Positions 25,714 to 31,184 of a DNA stretch of 31,184 bases are shown here, piece by piece. The notes beneath the pieces are model-generated. The model saw only the letters and a program-made list of their open reading frames with translations. It searched no databases and was not told the origin of the DNA. Source of the DNA: an uncultured Candidatus Saccharibacteria bacterium (lineage in GTDB: Bacteria; Patescibacteriota; Minisyncoccia; Phycocordibacterales; PALSA-1337); contig CAYSPX010000004.1 in the NCBI GenBank assembly GCA_964433125.1, positions 1-31,184 on the forward strand, written 5' to 3'. Position numbers and translations under genes: made by a program. Position 1 is the stretch's first letter. Each line of letters begins with the position of its first letter.

Positions 25714-26769
25714 TTATTTAAATATATTAATTATTTTCCCTGCCACACTCCCCCGATCCCACCCCACAATATCCGCCCCGACATCCCTCGCAATCCCGAC
25801 ATCTGTACTAACTATTTTACATCCTGCAGCCTCAGCTTCTTTGAAGACCATACCATAACCTTCATACCACGATGTCATGAGAAAGACGTCACAACCCTTA
25901 TAGTACGATATAGTATCAGTCTGTGAGCCCACAAACTCCACCATATGCCCTATTTTGAGTCTATTTGCTCTATCTTTAAGGCTAGCGAGCAATCCCCCTG
26001 AACCGACAACAACTAGTCCTACACCGGGAATTTTATCATTTACAAGTTTTATAGCATCTATTGCTAGTGACACATTTTTCTCAGGCTCAAGACGTGCTAC
26101 CATCAAAACAATTTTCTTAAAATTAGGATACTTCAAATGAAGATCAAAAGATGGGATTGTGTTTTTAATACTATCCACATCGACACCTATAGGTTTTACA
26201 ATTATTTTATCAAAATCAATACCCCTCTGTACTAGTGAATCCGCAACCTTTCTGGAAACCACCTGTATTACCTGTGCGTGTTGAAGAGTGAAGTTTGATA
26301 TAAAAAGATTGATTCTATTTAAAATAGAGTGCTTTAAACCAATTTTTAAACTACAAAAATACGGGCTATATAAATCAGTATGAACCTGTAAAAGCAATTC
26401 TGAATTTAAACGAAGATTTGCAAGACACTTACCAACTAGACCTGTTTCAAAAGGATTTTGACAACTTACAAGTAGAGGCGTTTGATTATTAATTTTTTTA
26501 ATAATCTTTTTACCTATCTTTTGCGCATCTGAAACATAGTTTGGTCTTATAAATGATCTTGTAGAATAGACCGTGCAATTGTCGGATATCGTAATTGGCT
26601 CAATGCGCTTTGTAGAAAAAACAATTATATTTAGTTCTTTATATTTCTTTGCATACTCTATCATTCTAGCTCGCACAGAACTTTTTTCATCAAAAATCAA
26701 CTGATCTGTTGAAATCATAATAACTGCATAATTAGAATAATCTTTGTATTCTGTTTTATAGTTTTGCAT
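25714..26769 (-). CDS. GT4 glycosyltransferase
   Basis: PIGVD, MVARLEPEKN, YEGYGMVFKEA (EX7E), VSTDVG. Confidence 0.87.
   Translation of the reverse strand: MQNYKTEYKDYSNYAVIMISTDQLIFDEKSSVRARMIEYAKKYKELNIIVFSTKRIEPITISDNCTVYSTRSFIRPNYVSDAQKIGKKIIKKINNQTPLLVSCQNPFETGLVGKCLANLRLNSELLLQVHTDLYSPYFCSLKIGLKHSILNRINLFISNFTLQHAQVIQVVSRKVADSLVQRGIDFDKIIVKPIGVDVDSIKNTIPSFDLHLKYPNFKKIVLMVARLEPEKNVSLAIDAIKLVNDKIPGVGLVVVGSGGLLASLKDRANRLKIGHMVEFVGSQTDTISYYKGCDVFLMTSWYEGYGMVFKEAEAAGCKIVSTDVGIARDVGADIVGWDRGSVAGKIINIFK
25738..25797 (-). other. G-rich tract with seven GGG+ runs (putative G-quadruplex-forming sequence)
   Basis: Plus-strand C-runs at 25738-40, 25750-54, 25758-60, 25762-65, 25776-79, 25785-87 and 25795-97. 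42 of 63 nt are G/C at 25738-25800, in AT-rich surroundings. Confidence 0.55.
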
Positions 26770-26770
26770 A

Positions 26771-27799
26771 TTATTTTTTAGAAATATTTAAGTGGAGGGC
26801 CACAAATTCATCACAAATATTTGCCCATGTATGTATCCAAGTAAATTTCTTTATTTTTTCTGCTTGTGTCGCTCTGTTTTGTGGATCTGAAATCCAGACT
26901 ATTTTATCCTTTATATCTTTTTCATTCATTGGATCAACAAATATCGCACAATCCTTCACTCTATTTGCGATTCCAGTTTCTTGAGTCAAAATAAATGGAG
27001 TTCCCACACGAATAGCATCAAAAATCATATTGGGGCTTATGTCACCAATAGATGTAAGTATAACTGCATATGACCTTCTCATACGTTCCTGAAAGTTATC
27101 ATAGACAGCCTTTGTAGTATCAAATTCTATATCTTCAAATCCTTTATTTTTTATCTCTACCTGTGCTTGTTTAAATGCTCTCTTTAGTGCGTCTATATTT
27201 TTCCATTTCAAATCTCTAGTTCCGGCAACAAAAGTGCGGTTTTCAGGTGTAATAAACTCATCTCTAACACCACAAAAGTTTTCTATTATTCGACTTTTCT
27301 TTGAATCAAGTTTATATGCTTTTTCAAAAATACTTCTCTGCCACTCTGTACTGTAGACAATTAGCGACGCTTTTCGTAAAGCTTCTCCACCTAGTTTAAA
27401 AATTAACTTTTCTTTTCTTGATAATTTACTTAATGAAGTATTGTAGAAGTTTTTAAATAAAACCATGTCCCCTGTTCTCTCTACATAAGTTTCCCAGAGG
27501 AAATCTCCACCAGTTCTGATGATGTATTTTTTATTCATTATTTTACAAGCATACATTGTCGGAACAGCAGCACTCCAAGTGTCCAGTACGATAATCATAT
27601 CTGCATTCCATCCTTTTCTAAAAATCTTTAGGAAAAATAAAATATGCCTAACAAAAGTAGGAAAAGCCCTCTCCCATCTATATGCCGCTACTTTTACTTC
27701 ATGACCCTGACTCTTCCAAGTTTCATATAGGTTGCGGGCGTATTGAGCTGGTCCACCAATATCAGGTGGATATATACCTGTAGAGATTAAGATTTTCAT
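26771..27799 (-). CDS. GT4 glycosyltransferase
   Basis: MKILISTGIYPPDIGGPAQY N-terminus; DISPNMIFDAIRVGTP in place of the EX7E motif. Confidence 0.82.
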   Translation of the reverse strand: MKILISTGIYPPDIGGPAQYARNLYETWKSQGHEVKVAAYRWERAFPTFVRHILFFLKIFRKGWNADMIIVLDTWSAAVPTMYACKIMNKKYIIRTGGDFLWETYVERTGDMVLFKNFYNTSLSKLSRKEKLIFKLGGEALRKASLIVYSTEWQRSIFEKAYKLDSKKSRIIENFCGVRDEFITPENRTFVAGTRDLKWKNIDALKRAFKQAQVEIKNKGFEDIEFDTTKAVYDNFQERMRRSYAVILTSIGDISPNMIFDAIRVGTPFILTQETGIANRVKDCAIFVDPMNEKDIKDKIVWISDPQNRATQAEKIKKFTWIHTWANICDEFVALHLNISKK

Positions 27800-27800
27800 A

Positions 27801-28931
27801 TTATCTTAAGAATACCTTATTTTTCATGTCTCTGGCAACAATATCCCAATCGTATTTATTTTTCACCATACTTTCGGCATTATTGACAATATAGTCATAA
27901 GATTCCTTATCTTTAACTAATTTTTCTACTTTTTGTGCAATACTCTGAGGATTATTAACTTCACATAAAAGTCCAGTCTCTCCATCTTTAACAAAGTCCA
28001 CGATTCCGCCAACTGGTGTTGCGATTACTGGTATACCCGCAGCCATAGCTTCCACATAAGATATTCCAAAACCTTCAGAAAGTGCCGGTCTAATAAAAAT
28101 ATCTGAAATATGTAAGTATTGAGGCATTTCAGAATGATCAACAAAACCCACAAACCGCACCCTCTCCTCAAGCCCAAGTCTAGCAACCTTTTCTTTCAAT
28201 TCCCCTTCCAAATGTCCCACTCCAAGTATTAAAAATTTAACATTCGCTGGTAAATACTGTAGCGCCTCTATCGTGTCCCCTGTAGCATTTTTCAAAACAA
28301 GTCTAGATGTTGTAATCAAAAATATATCATCAACCTTTTTACCCAAATTCCTCTTCAAAATTTCCAAATCCGCATGAGACTTCTTGATTGAAAATAAATT
28401 AAAATCAACACCGTTTGGAATAACCTCGACTGGGCATTTCGCACCCATTTTTCGTGCCCAATCCGCTAGAAAATTTGATATAGCTTGAATATGATCAGCT
28501 TTAGTAAAAATCATTTTAAACAATGGATATAGTGGAAGCGCGCGTCTTTCCATATGTTCTATAGGGTCTCCCTCTTGTAAAGTCAGTATGTATGGAACTT
28601 TTGGATTAATTATTTTAAAAAAGAGCGCAGCAAAAGAGTTATAACTTGCCATCATTGACCATATTGCATCGTATTTATTTTTTTTATGTAACGAAAGGGC
28701 ATTAAAAAGACATAGGGGTATGAAAGAATATTTATCAAAATATCCTATGCGATAAATATTAACATTTCCAATTCTTTCAAATTTAGGATCATTTTTATTA
28801 AAATGAAAAGTCACCATGTCAAACTCAATCTCATCAACAGGTATTCTTTTAGATATTTCTTTTATTGCAATCTCCGCTCCACCAACAGGTTTGGGGTAGT
28901 ATGCTAATGAAAATATGAGTATTTTCTTCAT
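27801..28931 (-). CDS. GT4 glycosyltransferase
   Basis: GGAE, IPNGVD, SEGFGISYVEAMAAGIPVIATPVGG, DGETG. Confidence 0.92.
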   Translation of the reverse strand: MKKILIFSLAYYPKPVGGAEIAIKEISKRIPVDEIEFDMVTFHFNKNDPKFERIGNVNIYRIGYFDKYSFIPLCLFNALSLHKKNKYDAIWSMMASYNSFAALFFKIINPKVPYILTLQEGDPIEHMERRALPLYPLFKMIFTKADHIQAISNFLADWARKMGAKCPVEVIPNGVDFNLFSIKKSHADLEILKRNLGKKVDDIFLITTSRLVLKNATGDTIEALQYLPANVKFLILGVGHLEGELKEKVARLGLEERVRFVGFVDHSEMPQYLHISDIFIRPALSEGFGISYVEAMAAGIPVIATPVGGIVDFVKDGETGLLCEVNNPQSIAQKVEKLVKDKESYDYIVNNAESMVKNKYDWDIVARDMKNKVFLR

Positions 28932-28937
28932 ATTAAA

Positions 28938-28966
28938 ATGGTAACATAAATAGACATTAGTGTCTC
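28938..28966 (-). promoter_or_regulatory. Putative sigma70 promoter for the 28931-to-21461 operon (GAGACA-17 nt-TACCAT, TGn extension)
   Basis: On the minus strand, GAGACA (28966..28961), a 17-nt spacer ending in TGT, then TACCAT (28943..28938), 6 nt before ATG 28931. Confidence 0.45.
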
Positions 28967-29044
28967 TATTGTTATTATTTTCACATAATTTAAAATATTA
29001 GTAAGTACCCACATATTTTATTAAAATATTAACGATGAAAAACT

Positions 29045-29371
29045 ATGATTCAAATAGATAATAATGTTTTTCAAGATTTCAAAGATGAAATGTCAGGTAG
29101 GTTCGATAAAATTGACGAGAGGCTTGAAGTAATAGACGAAAAACTTGAGGTAGTAGATACAAAACTTGAGGTAGTAGACGCAAGACTTGATAAAATGGAT
29201 GAAAGACTCAGTAGAGTCGAAGGTAAAATTGATGTGCATTTTGAGACTATTGGTGAGTTGAAAGTTCAAGTCACTGAGATTGCACTTTCACTGAAAGAAA
29301 AAGCAAGTGTTGACTATGTTAGACAAATCGAAGAAAGAACTGAAAAGATTGAGGGAGTAGTTTTTGCTTGA
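29045..29371 (+). CDS. Small heptad-repeat coiled-coil protein of unknown function
   Basis: 108 aa; seven consecutive heptads RFDKIDE RLEVIDE KLEVVDT KLEVVDA RLDKMDE RLSRVEG KIDVHFE; fills its own gap between two minus-strand units. Confidence 0.75.
   Translation: MIQIDNNVFQDFKDEMSGRFDKIDERLEVIDEKLEVVDTKLEVVDARLDKMDERLSRVEGKIDVHFETIGELKVQVTEIALSLKEKASVDYVRQIEERTEKIEGVVFA
29140..29178 (+). repeat. 18-nt exact direct repeat with 21-nt period inside the coiled-coil gene
   Basis: AAAACTTGAGGTAGTAGA at 29140-29157 and 29161-29178; degenerate 21-nt units flank it (29099-29245). Confidence 0.85.
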
Positions 29372-29388
29372 AAAACATTAAGCAAAAA

Positions 29389-31176
29389 CTAATCAACCTT
29401 TAGAACATTCCTGAGAACATCTTCAGGGATTTCTTTGGTGTTTTCTTTATTGTTTTTTTCATTAACTGTAGTAGCCACGTGAACTGGAGTACTTGAAGGC
29501 ATAATTTGAGGTTGCTTTACTGCTCCATGAGAAAGAGCATTGGCAAGTGCATTTTTTAATTCATTTACTCTTTGTGGTACAGCTTCTTTTTGATTATTAT
29601 TTTGCACACCAGTACTAGGATTATGTCTTACCTGTTGTGCGAGTGAGCTAAGTGGCACAGCTTTTATCTTGGGTACTAAAGGAACTGGTGGTACGGGCGG
29701 AGTAGGTGGAGCCATAGGCGGTGCTACAGGTCTAGGTGCTGTATATGGAACTTGTGGTTGTTGTACTGGCACTCTTGGTTGTATAGGTTGCTGCATTGGA
29801 GGACGAGGTGCCTGCACCGGCGCAGCAATAGGCGCTGATGTGACTGTAGTAGGTGTTGCTACTTTATCTTTAACTGGCGCTTTCATAGGTGCAAGCCATT
29901 CATCTATTTTCTTTTCAACTTCTGCACGGTTATTTGCAAATTGTTTTCGTGATTCATTTATCACATTTGTCATACTAGAATTTTCTGGTTTTGCTATTGG
30001 CGCTAGTGTAGTTGCAGAAAAAGGCTGAGAACTTATTCCATCAATCATAAGTTTGAGATAGATCTGGAAAATTCCCAGATTTACTATGTCTTCAGCTGTA
30101 AACTGTGGGCTGAATTCTTTTTCCAAGACTTCAGCGTCAAAGGCTCCCACACGGAATACGATCATGGTTCCCACGTTACCAAACACTGCATCTCTCACTT
30201 CTTCTTCCATTTGTTCTATGTATTGATGAGCAATAGTTAGATTGAGTTTATATTTTCTAGCCTCAGAAAGAATATCTGCGAAACTTTCATTAGCAAAAGA
30301 CTGGAACTCATCTACGAAAAGATAGAAATTTGGCAGAGTTTTGAGTACCCTGTCAGGAACGTCAGCACGAGAAAGTGCAGCGAGGTATATCTTGGTAATT
30401 ATCATACCTCCGAGAAGGTTTGCATTTGATTCACCTATGCGTCCCTTAGATAAGTTTATAATAAAAATCTTACCACTATCCATCATTTTTCTTATATCAA
30501 AAGAAGACTTAGGCTGGCCGATCATGTTTCGAATAAGTGCATTTGCAGTAAACTGACCGATCTTGTTCTGAATAGCGGGAACAGCTTCAGCTGCCATTCT
30601 TTCTGTATAGTTTGCAAACTCTTGTACCCAAAAAGCTTTGACGGAAGCGTCAGTGACATGTGAGATAACATACTTACGGTATTCTTTGTCAGAAAGCATT
30701 CTGTTCACTCCAAGCAAGGTCGCATCAGGACATTCAAGTAGAGCAAGTAAAGTATTTGTAAGGATATATTCCATTCGAGCAGACCACGCATCTTTCCAAA
30801 TCTTTTTAAAAGTACTCATGAGACCAGAAACCACCAAGTGTCTCTTATCAGGATCCACACTTTCAAGAACATTAAATGAGATAGGGTACTCCATATCAAA
30901 CGGCGCGAAATATACGATGTCTTTCATTCGATGCTCTGGAACGTATTCAAGAAGAAGTTCAGCAGTCTTACCGTGAGGATCGATAAAAGCCATACCTTCC
31001 CCATTTTGAATATCCTGCACTGCCATGTTTTCCAGGAGAGTCGACTTTCCCATACCCGTCTTTCCTATCACATAGACGTGCTTGGTACGATCCTTCGCCT
31101 TAATACCAAATCTAACTCTTTTATTACGAGCGTCAGTTTCCCCAAAATATGTAACTCTTTCTTCGTTTATAGACAT
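29389..31176 (-). CDS. VirD4/TraD/TrwB-like (T4SS coupling protein/HerA-related) P-loop ATPase with Pro/Gln-rich C-terminal tail
   Basis: Walker A GKTGMGKS, IDPHG, Walker B LFVDEFQ, SEARKY, LTIAHQY; no N-terminal TM segment; low-complexity tail. Confidence 0.82.
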   Translation of the reverse strand: MSINEERVTYFGETDARNKRVRFGIKAKDRTKHVYVIGKTGMGKSTLLENMAVQDIQNGEGMAFIDPHGKTAELLLEYVPEHRMKDIVYFAPFDMEYPISFNVLESVDPDKRHLVVSGLMSTFKKIWKDAWSARMEYILTNTLLALLECPDATLLGVNRMLSDKEYRKYVISHVTDASVKAFWVQEFANYTERMAAEAVPAIQNKIGQFTANALIRNMIGQPKSSFDIRKMMDSGKIFIINLSKGRIGESNANLLGGMIITKIYLAALSRADVPDRVLKTLPNFYLFVDEFQSFANESFADILSEARKYKLNLTIAHQYIEQMEEEVRDAVFGNVGTMIVFRVGAFDAEVLEKEFSPQFTAEDIVNLGIFQIYLKLMIDGISSQPFSATTLAPIAKPENSSMTNVINESRKQFANNRAEVEKKIDEWLAPMKAPVKDKVATPTTVTSAPIAAPVQAPRPPMQQPIQPRVPVQQPQVPYTAPRPVAPPMAPPTPPVPPVPLVPKIKAVPLSSLAQQVRHNPSTGVQNNNQKEAVPQRVNELKNALANALSHGAVKQPQIMPSSTPVHVATTVNEKNNKENTKEIPEDVLRNVLKVD

Positions 31177-31184
31177 GAGCTTTT

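Noticed and set aside
28949-28970. Imperfect hairpin AATAGACA-TTAG-TGTCTCTATT
   Set aside because: The stem is short and bulged, it lies between divergent starts where no terminator is needed, and it is too weak to call an operator.
29099-29245. CRISPR-like repeats
   Set aside because: The 21-nt units are contiguous, in frame and have no unique spacers; no cas genes are present.
6001-29371. Possible TGA recoding (genetic code 25) given the suspected CPR origin
   Set aside because: TGA ends complete genes at 6001, 12007, 13011, 15519 and 29371, twice as ATGA couplings, and no gene is split by TGA.
29669-30028. Gly/Thr/Cys-rich 119-aa plus-strand ORF
   Set aside because: It is the antisense image of the Pro-rich (CCN) codons of the ATPase tail; its Gly richness follows directly from that.
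839-30976. Short alternative-frame or antisense ORFs in the track (e.g. 841-1170, 1700-1972, 3054-3296, 3989-4321, 16388-16750, 25190-25507, 30638-30976)
   Set aside because: Each lies within, or almost wholly within, a longer CDS with recognisable family motifs and has none of its own; these are shadow ORFs.
29389-31184. Conjugative element or ICE
   Set aside because: No relaxase, integrase, oriT, att repeats or other tra genes are visible; one ATPase is not enough.
1-31184. tRNA, rRNA, riboswitch or other ncRNA
   Set aside because: The largest intergenic gaps are about 114 bp, are AT-rich and show no recognisable structure or motif.

Overview
A gene-dense, AT-rich bacterial window (standard code; TGA is a stop) almost entirely occupied by a ~27 kb cell-surface glycan locus (about 2.1-28.9 kb). 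The locus holds a neuC-neuB-neuA nonulosonic (sialic-type) acid pathway with a co-transcribed D-2-hydroxyacid dehydrogenase, and three paralogous GT-B proteins with a shared SWD(N/K) motif, proposed here as uncharacterised CMP-nonulosonate transferases. These are interleaved with two paralogous Cys4 SAM methyltransferases. It also contains a GT9, a Wzx flippase, a doubled GtrABC-like module (2 GT2, 2 GT-C, GtrA), three more methyltransferases, four GT4s, a short UDP-sugar dehydrogenase and a Wzy_C/WaaL-TPR membrane protein. On the left is a DedA-PAP2 fusion divergent from an orphan OmpR-family regulator, with a repeat operator between them. On the right are a heptad-repeat coiled-coil protein and a VirD4/TraD-like ATPase with a Pro/Gln-rich tail. 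Gene content and compaction suggest a Patescibacteria (CPR, Parcubacteria-like) genome; this is inference, not a database result. No rRNA, tRNA, CRISPR array or mobile element was recognised. All calls come from reading motifs by eye; no searches were run.
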